Of a stretch of 64,000 nt of DNA, positions 1-12,868 are shown one piece after another; positions within the stretch are counted from its first letter, which is position 1; the number at the start of each line of letters is the position of its first letter. The notes beneath the pieces were generated by a model that saw only the letters and a program-made list of their open reading frames with translations, was not told where the DNA came from and searched no databases. This DNA comes from Amoeboaphelidium protococcarum X5 (lineage: Eukaryota; Fungi; Aphelidiomycota), in the NCBI GenBank assembly GCA_023515725.1, contig JALDTO010000009.1, positions 20,942 to 84,941 on the forward strand, given 5' to 3'. A program made the position numbers and the translations under genes.

Positions 1-204
1 AGTGATCACGGCAATAATGTCAACGTTCTTTCGCCGTCTAAATCTTTGTCGCGCTCTCTGGTCAGTGTTGTTTCGTAGACTACCTAAAATTTAACTCCTC
101 TAGATTTTGTTGATGTGTCGTTAAAAGGTGTGCAACTTCCTTTTGGAGGTATACTCTCTATTGGATTTATAACCACCTCGCTGCTCTATTACTTGAAGAA
201 TTGA
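1..204 (+). CDS. 3' end of an unidentified gene (partial), hydrophobic C-terminus
   Basis: Frame 1 is open under TAR=Gln up to TGA 202-204 and ends ...QLPFGGILSIGFITTSLLYYLKN*. No family recognised. Confidence 0.45.
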
Positions 205-247
205 ACTCAAAAGAAATAAGTTATTCACTACTCTAAATTCATTGGTG

Positions 248-808
248 TCATATTTTGAGAGTCAAAACTCTGAAATGAAGATTAGGGATTTTAAGCTTTT
301 CAGGCATCACAAATGGTCTTGTCTCACCTTCCCATTCGAAGCCCATTCTCTCGTACCAGGCGAGGATCTTTTCGCGCACATGGAGCACCCAGATCACGCC
401 GAGATTCACCTAATCAAAGTGCCGTTTGACGTGATCAATCATAGCATGAAACAGCGATTTCCCGATTCCCATCGATTAGCAGCTGGGATCCACAGCGAAT
501 AGGCCAAACAGAGTAGAGTTTTCGGGAAGATTGTACTGTGGGTGATTAAACCACAACTCTGCCTGGATGCATCCAACAAGTTTATGCACCTCCTGGCCAG
601 AAGACTTATCGGTCGAGGGGATTTCAGCGACAAGAATTGGGTCGCGATCCTCCTTAATCAGTTGCACAAGTTGAGCCACGGTAATCCTCTCATCCTACAC
701 CAATAAAGCCTCGCTTGTCCACCCAAGATCCATCCTATATGCAACATTTATGATTCTATGCAGCTCTTCAACATCCCCTTCTCCTACTTTTCTTATTCTT
801 ACAGTCAT
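248..808 (-). CDS. GNAT-family N-acetyltransferase
   Basis: ATG 808 to TGA 248, 186 aa with TAR=Gln: MTVRIRKVGEGDVEELHRIINVAYR...GLFAVDPSCQSMGIGKSL (acetyl-CoA binding QxxGxG, with Q=TAA)...AWYERMGF. Confidence 0.85.
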
Positions 809-875
809 AACTTATATAGTGTTATCGTACCCAATTTTTTACTTTGCAATTGTTTAAAATTAAAAAGCGCGCAAG

Positions 876-1679
876 ATGACAAAGAAATATCTTTATGAAG
901 AAACTTCGTAGTATCAATTTTGGAGATTTAATGTTGAAGAGTTGGCTTAGTTGAGGCAGAAAAGCCTTGAGAGGTGTCTTAGTTAATCTTAACTGCAAGA
1001 TATAAGTCGGTTTACTGTTAATGATTAGATTGAAATTGCATCGTTCTATCACGGTAAGCTGTAAGATGTATGCACTTTATTAAAATTCCCGTTTAGAGTA
1101 GAAGCTACTGCTGCGGTGTACTACCGGCGATTCTACCTTTACAACTGCATGCTTGAATTTAATCCGCGATAGATGATGTTAACGTGCGTGTTCCTGGCTT
1201 CCAAGGTGGAGAATCATTACATTTCAATCGATAAATTTTGTGCGTCTATCCCTCGAATAGACGTTGATGAACTGCAAAAGTTAGAGTTTGAACTGCTGAA
1301 TGGGCTGCGATTCCACCTTGATGTTAATCATCCATATTCTGCACTTCATGGAGTATATCTAATGCTAAGACGCGATCTAAAAGATGAAGGTGGTATTGCT
1401 GCTCAACGCTTATTCGACAAGTCTATCGAGTTTGTTAAAGACTCGTATTTCACTGATGCTCTATTCCTATATCAACCTTCATAGATAGCTATAGCTTGTT
1501 TCCACCTCGCTGCAGAGTAGTTGAATATATAGCTAGATGAGTTTATGGCGCTTAATTTCGGATCAATCTAAGCTGACACTGTATCAGGTCTATGCAAGTT
1601 AATTAATAGTGCCAATAAGGCGAAAGAATTACCGAAAAGTCATGAAATCATTGCTAGTTTAAATACCAAATAAATTTGA
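876..1679 (+). CDS. CCL1: Cyclin H / Ccl1 (TFIIK/CAK cyclin)
   Basis: Intronless, 267 aa: LYEETSQYQFWRF...ATAAVYYRRFYL...LTCVFLASKVEN...LEFELLNGLRFHL...DALFLYQPSQIA. Confidence 0.88.
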
Positions 1680-1752
1680 TTTTTATTATTCTACATTCAA
1701 GCAGATTCATCAGAAGTTGATTTGTTTTATTTGGCATCGCAATGCTAGGTAA

Positions 1753-3207
1753 TCATCTCTTATCCATGGAGCACATCCAAATTCTGGTCTTGAAGATCTT
1801 AAACAGATCCTTGACCAAGTCACGGAAGTCGACACGACTTTCAGCGACAAAGTAGAAGGTAAGGCGCTTCTTATCGTGTTGATACTCGGCGTCAATAACC
1901 TCCATAGGATACCCCTTCTGTTGCACCTTGGCCTTGATAACTTTCAATGCCTTCTCTTCATCGCGCGCCTTGTCAATCAGCTGATTTACTTCATTAGGGC
2001 GAGCAAGGCGCAGAATACGAGAGACATCATCTGGAGTCACATCTTCAGCGACGGAATTGATCTCTGAGATCTTACCCAGATCGAAACCACGATCAGCCTC
2101 TACAATGACCAAATCACCGACATTGAAGCTGTTGGCTGCAGGGTCAGAGTAGAACATCTCAGTGCGACCAGCCTTGAATTCAATCACGTAGAATCCAGAT
2201 AGAGATAAATTTGGCATAGGTGCAGCAAACATTGGCACAGCTGGCGTTGTACTATCATCCAATAGGTTGCCATATTCCTTGACGAAATTTTCCGGAATGG
2301 AAGAGTCATCACTTGAGCGAAGGTGTTCAGGAGATGTTTTGCCATTAGACTACTAGACCATTGCAGTCGCAATAGAATGACGGCGCTAATGCAGAGACGG
2401 ATCTTGATTGAAATACTTATCGGCAACATTGTGCACATTCTCCTGAGGGATCTTGTTCTTGAGATAGTTGTTCGGCCCGTTGTAGGTCGACACACGACGA
2501 TGCAACAGCTACTGACGCTAAGCTTCATCAAGCAACGGCTGATACAAGAAGCGGTGCTGTGGATTTGGCACAGCTACAAACGGATTTTACATCATCATTT
2601 GGACATCAGGGGACATTTCACCATTTGGGTAATTAAACCCAGCGGATGCGCGCCTAGCCCAAGGTGAAGGTGCTGGATCACCCTTGATACCAGGAGGAGC
2701 ATTGAGCATCTTCATATCATCAGCACTGGAGCCAGATGAGAAGCTGAAACTGCGCTGTCCATGCATGCGACCACCATAAAGTTCAAACACTGGAGTTTGG
2801 CCATTAGCACTCTGCAAGCTTGGCGTATACGGAGAGGTAATCGCGTTTTCTGCCACAACGTGTTCATTGATAGCAGACAGATGATTTTACGCAAAATACG
2901 CGCCAGCAACAGTAGAAGGAGAGGCCGCTGTGGCACTCGCGCGTCTCTGCCCACCGACAATGCGCCATTCTTCACTCAGGCGTCTCACGTTCATCGGCTT
3001 CACCACTGGCTTATCAGGAGTGGTCATCAGAGTAAGTGCAGGCGTCTTACCATTGGTCTCCTTGACTTTCTCACTCTCACCTACCAACTCACCAGGCTCC
3101 AGCTTATCATCGCGTTTAACATCACCAGATGCAATTTTGGCAGCGTGATTCTCGTCCTTGGCCGCAGCGTCTTGAGCACGTTGAATTTATACAGAATCTT
3201 CTTACAT
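1753..3207 (-). CDS. PSP1 C-terminal domain protein with low-complexity N-terminus
   Basis: ORF fragments 2887-3087, 2587-2856 and 1753-2262 share one frame (484 aa). C-terminus: FYVIEFKAGR...GDLVIVEADRGFDLG...DAEYQHDKKRLTFYF...RVDFRDLVKDLFKIFKTRIWM. Confidence 0.85.
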
Positions 3208-3812
3208 GTTTATTATATTAGATCTATATAAACGTACAAATTTAAGATAATTATTGAATGAGATTAGAAAATCAGAAAGTCAGTGACAGCTTACCTTTTT
3301 GTTACAACTGACGTGTCTTGATAAAATTAACTTAGATTGATATATAACTACACACACGAATAATATATTCAAATTGCAATTGCTGACACTACTATGATAC
3401 TTACACTCTCAGTTAAATAGTAGAGAAAGTCAAAGTGATATGAACAAAGAAAAAATAGATTGATTTTGATATATAAAAGATGAACTCAAAATTAGTTCAT
3501 CCTATTGCTTTCCAATCACAGAAGGTGAAACGTTTCACTTCCAATCAAATCGCCGCGTGTAATTGCGTGCGACCTCAAGTCCTCATTCCATACGCCGTAG
3601 ATATCATCGATCGAATACAGAAAATCTTCAAGTTACATCAACGCTTAGGTGCTGGAAACATCCGAGTATGTTGACTTTACAATATTTGTATAATAATGTT
3701 ATAAAAAAATGGCGAAAGAAAGCAAGAGTGTGTTGCAGCAACTGTATTAACACGCTGTCCATGCAAGACTAAGAGTGACATTATTACTATTTAGTCACAA
3801 CACAAACTAATT

Positions 3813-4283
3813 TCATTTACGTAATTGAGCATTAGGGTGTACTTGAGGCTCAATGCGCAATACTGCGTCAAGCAATTTCTAAATCACCTCCTCCTTGTGT
3901 TGTGCAGTTTGAGTTTTTATTTCTTCCAATTTCTATTCCAACAACTAATTGAGTTTTGCAGAATCATCACTGACATTCAACTACACCATCTTACAAATCA
4001 TGTACGAATTACATATATATTTAATTCAAAAAGAAATATTACATTTGCCAGGAAATCTTAATACTCTTTCTCTTTCTATGCCTTCAAAGCCTCAACCTCT
4101 TTAACAGCGTCACTCTTTGCATCTTTCAATTTCTATACTCTGTCTACATATTCAACGTACTCGATTAAATCGTTCTCGTAAGTATGCTTCAACAGATGTA
4201 AAATTACATTATCTCGCTTTAGTTACAACCTTGGATGCTTCACGCTCAGCCTCCAATAAAGTCTATATTCCCTGAGTGCTCAT
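3813..4283 (-). CDS. VMA10: V-ATPase subunit G (2 introns: 4144-4207, 3981-4042)
   Basis: MSTQGIQTLLEAEREASKVVTKARQYRVQKLKDAKSDAVKEVE...; the two GT..TGTAG introns restore the frame; ends EPQVHPNAQLRK*. Confidence 0.9.
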
Positions 4284-4412
4284 ACTAGATAAATAAATTG
4301 TGGTCGCTAAATCCTCTAAGGTAGCCCGAGTGAATGGTGAAAGAAAGAAAGAGGCAAAGATCGCGATTTTCGGCCTGGCTCAACTGTAACAACCAATGCG
4401 AAGATAACTAAT

Positions 4413-5327
4413 ATGTTGTAGCACATAGATTTTGTTGATTTTATAAACTTTGCTAATTCTGGTCTTCAACAACTGAATATATTGGGCTCTCAGTACGCAA
4501 TTCCTTGGTACATTGAAGATGTCCTTGTGGGCTATATGAAACCAGACTTTGTGAAATTGGTGATGAGCTAATGCAAAGACACGTTTACAATGTGCGATTA
4601 GAATAACCGACTGGTGTTAAATCCGCGTTATAGTACGTTCCATTAGCGGTCTGTAGCTTTGTAAGATGCGATGCTCAAACTGTATCACTCTTAGCTGATT
4701 AAAGTCAAGTTGCGATACGAACTTTATCCTGTATACGGTGAAGTAGGATCTGAAGAAGCTGTATGTGTCGTTGAGCGAGCATTCTCAAAATTGCTCGGTA
4801 TCAGACAATATGGTAATCATCTCAACGGATACGTGATCGACGCGAATACTGGGGAGATTAAAATGTATGTCTGTAAACGATCACAAACAAAATCCTAATA
4901 TCCGGGAATGCTTGATAATTTAGTTGGTGGCGGGCGTCCGTACTTGATGAGAGATTTCGATAATATCGTTAAAGAAGCATGGGAAGAAGTTTCAATGCCA
5001 CCTGAAGTTGCGCGTCAATGCGAATAAGTTGGTTCCGTAACTTTTGTGAAGGACCATTTAGAGAGCGGAATTATCCGTGAGACAGAGGTGATATTTGACA
5101 TTGATCTATCCATTGTTAGTAAGAATGGTGATGACTTCAAACCAGTGCCAAATGACGGCGAAGTGTCCGAGATTTACTTGTGGTCTATAAAAGACGTGGT
5201 TAATCGTTTGTAAGAGTTCACACCTGAGGCTGGCTTGATAGTAATTGACTTTCTCATTCGCCATAAATTGATAGAATAGCATCCATAATATGCTTAGATT
5301 AATGAATTATTACACTAAAATATATGA
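4413..5327 (+). CDS. Nudix hydrolase, YJR142W/NUDT20-like (DUF4743 + Nudix)
   Basis: 304 aa: RYELYPVY...ERAFSKLLGIRQYGNHLNGYV...RSQTKSQYPGMLDNLVGGG...VKEAWEEVS...PVPNDGEV. Confidence 0.85.
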
Positions 5328-5403
5328 CGGTATATCCTGTCTTAATTCAGTTAATCTCATTTCATTTTTGTGTTTCGATTAAACGCGCCGAGAATCTCCA
5401 ACT

Positions 5404-7096
5404 ATGGACCATGATTAGAGTTTTGAAGAGTTTGATCAACTGCTGCAGTAGTCTCTGGATGTAATTGACTCTGTGAGTGCGTCTCAATAGCCACAAAAGG
5501 AAAATATTTAAAGTAATAAGTAGTTTGCTAACATTTCTGTTCGATTCACTGAAGCTCTTAAAATTCACGACACTCACTCTGTCCAATCAAGTTCTAAAGA
5601 GTCTGATAAATAACAGCCTGAAGAAGCTCAATTATAATCAAATAAAGTGTCTGTTGATAGTCCAAGTAATCCTTCGCCTGAGAATGAAATAATCATGTAA
5701 AAAGATGGCGAAATTAGTATTCTGAGGGAGAGACTAAAGAGCACAGAAGGTGAATTGGAGAAGTTGAAGAGGCAGATGGATGGTGATCAGAGGAAGATTG
5801 AGCAAGAATCCAAGTAAAATTAGTCATTGTAAGAGACGGAGATTTAACAACTGAAAACTTAGATTGCCTTTCTTATGAATGAGAAACAGTTTCAAATGGC
5901 TCCTGTGTCTTCTACTGTATAACCTGATTAATAATAAGCCATACGTTAAAAGTCTAGTCGGGACGCGTCAGTGATGACAACCGCGTAGATTGTTTCAAGT
6001 GGCCGCCCAGCTAGAAAGTTTAAGATCAAACGTAACATAGGTCACCATGTGGACATATTATTGGCTTTATTAGTAAAGTTTCCCAATAATTAATCATCTG
6101 AGGATCTGGTCTCGTAATTGATTAAGCCAAAACCAAAGATGTTTGCACTGATACCTCAACTCTTGGAATTTTTGTAGCTGGCTTAAACGACTCAACGTTA
6201 AGATGTCTTTGATGCTACTAATCGCGTGATTATCGATAATTGTGATCAAATAATGGTTGAAGATGCTCGCAATTTTATTGATAAATGTGTCCAAGTGTTG
6301 GATTCCTCTTTAATGCCTGGAGTAGTTATTTCATTAATCGCTGTGGTTAGAAAGTATCCGGAGCTGTTCTCGTCTGAAGTCTTGAGTTTTATGTTGAATG
6401 CCTCTGAATACTTTGCAGACGTGCTTTAGTTATTGACAATCATTTGCACTGATGATGCACGGATTAAAATGTACTTTAGCGTACCTGATAGACTCAAGTT
6501 GATTTAAAAAGGAATGTATGATGCTTCGAGTCCCTCTTCTATCCGCAATGACACTTTCTGTTCTTCTAGAGAGTAGAATGTTCAAAGACTTATCAATATC
6601 TATCGGTAGATGTTGAGCACTCTTCACAAGGATGAATAGTTGCTTCAAAGTTTTTGTCAGGAGGTAAGAAAATCGTATGTTTTAATCCAATGTCGAATGT
6701 GGGTATCTGCGTGTAGTGTCTTCAAGTGTTATTACCCTATGTCAAAATTGCCTTTGAAAACTACTTTAATACCAATGAAAAGCCTGGTATTGCTTTAGAG
6801 TAATCTCTCCATCTACTTGGTGATGTATATCGGCTCAATCCAGCGCTATTCATTACGTGTATGAAGAATACCGAGACTTTCTTACCTCCTCACCGACTGG
6901 CTGTGAGTGCAACTGATTTGCTGTATGTCGTCCTTAAAGATGCAATGCACGAGATTCAGTAAAATGTGCAATCTAACATACTGCAAAACTCTCTAGGTAT
7001 GACTTTTATCTGAATTTCTATATGTGTGTCGTGATTACTGAAGAATGTGTAGCTTCCATCAAACTTTTAATCCAGGCAATTAAACAGAAGACTTGA
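5404..7096 (+). CDS. ATRIP/Rad26/Lcd1-like coiled-coil protein (probable introns 6664-6716, 6997-7052)
   Basis: Acidic N-terminus (MDHDQSFEEFDQLLQ), then KDGEISILRERL...QQLKTQIAFLMNE, resembling the ATRIP coiled coil (KNGEIKILR...LQSELQFK), then a helical C-terminal part. Confidence 0.6.
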
Positions 7097-7357
7097 AACA
7101 GTGCATTTGATTCAATGTACTTTCCACTTAAAATCTCGCGCATAATTGCAATGGCACACAACTCTAAAATGAAGGCATTGTAATTAAGATTGTACCATTA
7201 CTCTATTTATCATTAGGCTGTTTGCTGTATATTCATCCTGTGCTCGTATCCAGTGATCTCGGTAGTTGAAAGCCAGAGGGGCTATAAAATTGACTGACGC
7301 GTAACTTCTCTCTCTTTCTCTTCCGTTTAACGAAACTTCGCTTTTATTGTAAATCGA

Positions 7358-7719
7358 ATGGATATCACATGGGAAAAGGCGGTAAGAATGCATTGTAATA
7401 CTTGAATTATATCATTATTAATAAGCTGGGTATGATGTAGGATTTTCCAATTGCTTGCGAACGATGTCTCGGTGAGAATTCGCATATGAGAATGAATAAG
7501 GTGGAGTATGGAGCGTAGTGCAAGATGTGCAACACCCCGTTCACCGTATTCAAGTGGAGCCCTGGTAGAAATATGCGATATAAAGTGACAGCTATCTGTT
7601 AGAAATGTGCTAGAGCGCGTAATGTATGTCAAACATGTCTTAATGATTTGGATTTGGGTATAGATTCTCACACTAGAGATGTTGCGATGGGAAGTAGAAG
7701 TGTTAGTAATAGAAGATGA
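7358..7719 (+). CDS. SLT11: Slt11/Ecm2/RBM22 N-terminal Zn-binding domain only (~100 aa; intron 7382-7440)
   Basis: [50 protein letters not shown]...ICQKCARARNVCQTCLNDLDLG matches the RBM22/Slt11 N-terminus; TGA at 7717-7719. Confidence 0.85.
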
Positions 7720-7791
7720 ATATCCCAATTAATGTATGGATAGAGATTAGTTTTTTTGAATTTAAATAAATGATTAATATTTTTTTGATCA

Positions 7792-8619
7792 TCAGAGTTC
7801 ATGTAACTTGCAGAGTCCAAGAGTCCTGGTCAAATCTTCAATTTCAACGTCATGAGTGTCTTCAACCTCACCCCACATCTTGGTCTGATAGATAGTCTCT
7901 AGTCGTGCGGCCTGCACTGCCTTCTCTACACTTAAATCAAGGTCGCTTAAAGCCATAGCAATAAGCCAGGACTTGGAATTCATAACAGCCTTTTCAAATG
8001 ATGCCAACTTTAACGCGTCATACTAATCAACCATAGTCAATAAGCGCTGAATTGCATGGCGATCTTGTGTGATTAAAGACAGGCCATTGGTAGTTTTCAG
8101 ATTGATCTTCAACTACTCTTGCACAGTATTAATAATAGGCAGCCATAATTACTCTTACAGCTCTACAATCTAACTTGTAGTGTTCTGCTAATAAAGAATC
8201 GAATCTGTGTCAATATATCTCTACAAAAACTTCAAAGTCTAACTTCTGACATTCCAGTCAGTCTGAAATTCAATGGCGCGCGTCAACAGAGAAGTCGCCA
8301 TTAAACTGGAAGATTTCAAATGATCTTCATCTTGTGCATCCCATTCATGTGCCACAATCTCAGCCAGAACGCGTGATGGAGCCACAATTATTTGACTATC
8401 AGACGTTCTCAAAGGACGCGAATCTAACCGTATCACGTAGTTATTCGTTGCCTAAGGACGCAGAACGACCGCCTTCTAACGTTGATCACGTCCCAGTGAT
8501 GATAACTCATCCACTTCCGCCTTTTTCCAAAATTTCTTTAAAGTCTTTGGCAGCGTAGAGGATTAGAATCTCTTCGATAGAATACAGGCAGCGTTTTTTC
8601 TGGATACAATTTTCTACAT
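7792..8619 (-). CDS. ATP12: Mitochondrial F1-ATPase assembly chaperone
   Basis: 275 aa: LKKFWKKAEV...IRLDSRPLRT...LAEIVAHEWDAQ...SKSWLIAMAL...ARLETIYQTKMWGEVEDTHDVE. Confidence 0.9.
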
Positions 8620-8725
8620 ATTAAAGAGTGCAACTTTTTAAGTTTAAATTTAGATTGTGATTTTATCAAAAGCGAGAGATCTCTCGGCGATTGTTTACTC
8701 AACAGGAAAATTCGTAAGAGAGAAG

Positions 8726-9172
8726 ATGAGTTTATCAAATGCGTATAGACGTGTCTTGAAGGCCTCATTAATGGCGTTCAAAGGTGATAGCTAGGCCAAA
8801 CAGAGTATGATATCGTAGTTTATCATGCATATCATTATGCTGCGTCAAGTGTAGAATTCAGATAAGAATTTAGAGCAGAGTGCTAAAAGTATAAGACCGC
8901 CGAAAAAGTAATCCAATCTATAAAGCTATTCATCATACATAATTGTTACTTGTAGAAGCTCGCGTTCGCGGAAGGTGTCACTTCTTTATTAGAGCATAAT
9001 GTTGCGAAAGCTACTTTAAATTATTAGACTAATAGATTAGGTAAAGCTGTACTTACAACATGTATTGCTTAACGCTTATATCGTTAATGTATTCTAGTTT
9101 ATTGTAGAGTTGAGAATTGATTCTAGCAGACATTAGCTTGGAGATAATAATGATAGATTCTGTAAGAAATGA
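8726..9172 (+). CDS. MZM1: LYR-motif complex III assembly factor Mzm1/LYRM7 (introns 8805-8854, 8908-8955, 9041-9107)
   Basis: MSLSNAYRRVLKASLMAFKGD...LLEHNVAKA...ELRIDSSRHQLGDN after removing three GT..TGTAG introns. Confidence 0.75.
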
Positions 9173-9324
9173 AAGTTATAGATTTTGCTGTCTTGCACTG
9201 TGTCTATCATACTTTACGATATAAGAAGTCATTTAAACACGTTAGTTCCGTGAAAAGAGACAGGCACAAAGTTGAATAATTATAAAATAAGCGCGATAAC
9301 TCTGTAATATAACCTGCACACATT

Positions 9325-10302
9325 TCACTCTTACTTTTGAGATGGGGCCTCTAGATCCGGAACTATAATACTCTGATTACTTAGTGCAAATATTCCAGTC
9401 TTCTTCACTGGCTGCTTCTTACGAGCGTTTACGGTAGGACGCGCTTTGATGATCATTGGGTTCAAGTGCTTCTTCACAGTAAACACACCCTTAGTAATTT
9501 TGCCCCATGGTGACGTGGAAGGCATACCACGACCTCTACCGCGACCTCCCATCGGATGATCGACCGGATTCTGTGCAACACCTCTAACACTTGGCCTTTT
9601 ACCGCGTCGTCTATTCGCACCTGCAGTTCCCAGGATTTCGAGCTTATGGAATGGATTAGACACTGTGCCAATAGTAGCTTTCGCTCCGACAGGGATAAAC
9701 CGAATTTCACCTGAACACATTTTAATCTATGCCAAACCTTTCTAACCTGTTCTTAGCAATTGAGCATAAGTACCAGCAGAGCGCGCAATCTTACCCGCTT
9801 CACCATTCTTGAGTCCGATATTGTGAATTAGAGTACCTGGAGGAATAGCTGACAGTGGCAGACAATTACCAATATCAGGTGCAACGCTTTCTCCATTATG
9901 CAACACTTGACCTGGAATGACACCCTTTGGCGCGACAATGTAACTCAACATATTACTCTCCAGGTGCTTTAGCAATGCGATGCGCGCAGATCTATTAGGA
10001 TCGACTTCGACGCGCATCACCTCATGCGCGCCTTCACTAGATCTATCCCAATCCATCAGACGATATGAATGCTTCTCTCCACCACCTCTATGACGCGACG
10101 TTATCCGTCCAGTATCTCTACATCGACCACCAGTCTTGTGCAATTTAGTCAACAGCGATGGGATAGGCGCTCCCTGATATAAATCATCTGTCCTAACTAA
10201 ACGTTTATGTCTCAATCCAGGCGTTCTAGGCTTCCATACTTTAAAGAATTATAGCAAGGTTGCTGGTAATTATTAACTATGGCGCACTAACGTCGGCTAC
10301 AT
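9325..10302 (-). CDS. RML2: Mitochondrial ribosomal protein uL2m
   Basis: KPRTPGLRH...GRITSRHRGGGEK...DPNRSARIALL...ARSAGTYAQL...RPSVRGVAQNPVDHPMGG. Confidence 0.92.
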
Positions 10303-10678
10303 ATCTTAAAATTGAATTCGGCGCGCTTTTGGAGTGATGATGATGTTGAAAATGATGAGAGCAATCGGTTTCACGATAAAGCGATTGCCAAAATGGGTCG
10401 TGTATTGAATTGAATGAATCAAAGACTACAGCTCATTCGGTCAAAATAACAAAACAGCGTATTAAACAATGATATAAAATGTGACATAGAAACAGTGGAA
10501 TTGAGTTGAGATATCTGAAGATGCAATGTATCACGCACAGACAGGCAACGTCATGGGCTTAACTTCTTAAACGGAAAAATCACGACATGATTTGCGCGCA
10601 GTTCGTTGCGACAAGTTTTCCTTTCTCGCACGAAAAAAAAATTACGCGAGAAAACCCCACACGCGCACACAACTCACG

Positions 10679-11860
10679 ATGGACAACGACAATGCCAAAG
10701 GGAACGACCAGAAGCTGGCTGAGTAATAGGAATAGGCTGCTGCAGCGATAACAAGTGCCAATGTGTTGCCGGAATAACTTATGCAGAATATGGCGCAATA
10801 ATTCTTGGCTGGTAGTGTGCCGTTCCCCACTGTATCCCCTCAGGCTGTAATGTCCCCACAGAGTGCGAGTGGAGTTAATATGCATACCGCTAATGTGATT
10901 GATCCAAATGTTGTCATTCCTGGTCTGAATGGTGTTCCATCTGTGCCTGGAGCTCCTCAAATTCCCTTCGCTCCCAATTATCCATATGATATGAATATGC
11001 TAATGTATCAAATGCTTCAGCAAGGCTATAATCCTGGCGCGCTCCTCATGAATATGAATTTAGCTCAGCCATAGTAGCAGCAGCCGCCATTATAACAGCC
11101 TGCGCGCGGATCAAGTAAGAGAAAAGCTTCGAGCAGCGGTGCAGCATCTAAAAAAGCAAAACGCGTCGTCTACACAGGCAACGAGCCAGAGCTTAATCCA
11201 CCTCTTCAGTCTGAGATGCCAGTCTGGGTGGTGAACAAGAAATTTGATCACTGGCCGGCTTGGTTGGTGGATATCAATCAGTTTGATTAGTTGAAAGAGT
11301 ATGAGAGACGTGATGCCTATTCACTCGTACACTTCTTCGGTACCAATGAATACTGCTACGTGCCAACAGAGTGTATTAGTCCTTTGCTGACTCTGCACCC
11401 TAATTGGCGAGAGCGTAGCAAAAAGAGTCGGGCAAAGATTTTCATGAAGGCTGTTCAAGATGTACTTGGTTTTATTGGTGAAAGTAGTCAAGGGAATGAA
11501 GTTGCACCGCTAGAGATAGAATCGCAAATACCAAAGACTAAAATTGTTCCAGATGGATGGGGAGAAGGACCAGATGCTGGCGATATCAAAGTGTATAATG
11601 CTGATGGTGAGATGATCCATGGAGAACCTTTTAAACCACCTGCCGAACTTTACAAAATTAAGAGCAAGTCTGTTAGCGCCACCAATGTCAGTGAAGTTGA
11701 TGATAAAGACCTCGGTCCACAGTCGACGGACATCATCATTGAACACCATAACTTCAAGCCATTAAAGAAGGTGGCGAATGATGGATCTATATAGAGTTTG
11801 AAGAAGCGAGAGAAGAAGGTGAAAGTGCTACGTCATCTTGGTCTTATCAAGCTTGGGTGA
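10679..11860 (+). CDS. PWWP-domain chromatin protein
   Basis: 393 aa single frame; Q/P-rich N-terminus, then VWVVNKKFDHWPAWLV...YSLVHFFGTNEYCYV. Confidence 0.75.
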
Positions 11861-11999
11861 TTGATTGTTTGTCTTATTTTACTTATCAAGGACTGTGTTG
11901 TTTTCTATTGCTTATGTACCTTATATACAATGTGTACTGCTAAAAATTATTTGCAATAAAATGAATATTTAACTAATCAACGTCTATCTATTACTAATT

Positions 12000-12692
12000 T
12001 CAATTATCAGACTAAATGACTCCAACCTGTGCAGCACGTAGGACAATGCCATGTAATTTGTATCCCTTCATGGTCACAGTGAACACTGATCCTGGCTCCT
12101 TGTGCTATTCGTTCGGCGGTACCTAGAACATTGCCTGATGAACATTAGGATCGAATTTATCACCAACCACAGGTGAATATTACTCCAATCCATTTCTCTT
12201 GAACACATGGAACATCTCGTGCAGCGTCATCTTCAAGCCTTCATGAAGACTGAGAAGATGCTTCTTGGTATCCTCCGTACACTTTCCATCTTTATCCAGC
12301 TACTAATCAGGAACAGATTTTAGAGCCAATTCAAGAATATCCGGGATGGATAAAAGATCCTTGGCAAATGACTTTATAGCCAACTAATGAGCATGCTCCT
12401 TCTCACGACGCGTTCTCTCACGCAGATTCTCAGCATCGGCCAGTGCTCTCAGAAAATTGTCTCTATTTTCTTTCACAGCCTTTTCGAGCTCTGTGATTTT
12501 ACCGTTTAATTACGTGACTTAATCATCATTCTACGCAGGAGCAGTAGTATCGGCGGCTTGATTGGCATTCCCTGCGGCACTGGATTACTAATCGCTACCA
12601 CTGCTAGTAGTGGCAGACATGAATCTGCTCATCTATAATCTGTAGCTTCCAGATTTCGCAATCTATTTAGATAATTATACAGTACGTAGCAT
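12000..12692 (-). CDS. MGE1: Mitochondrial GrpE nucleotide-exchange factor
   Basis: 230 aa: LRALADAENLRERTRRE...FAKDLL...EGLKMT...GDKFDPNVHQAMFQ...KGYKLHGIVLRAAQVGV. Confidence 0.93.
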
Positions 12693-12868
12693 TTTAATTA
12701 GAAAATTCGCTTCCCTGATTAAAAAGACAGCAATACTTTAAGAGAAATGACGATTGAAATTTCAAAAACTTTCGCCAATCAAAGATCAACCCTTGGCCCA
12801 ACCACCGATTCAAATTGGCAAAACTAATATCACTCACTGGCTTAATACAAAGACAGAGAGAGAGAGAG

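Noticed and set aside
1054-1096. Apparent GTAAG...TTTAG intron in cyclin H
   Set aside because: The frame reads straight through as conserved cyclin-box sequence (GKLQDVCTLLKFPFRVEATA), and removing 43 nt would shift the frame.
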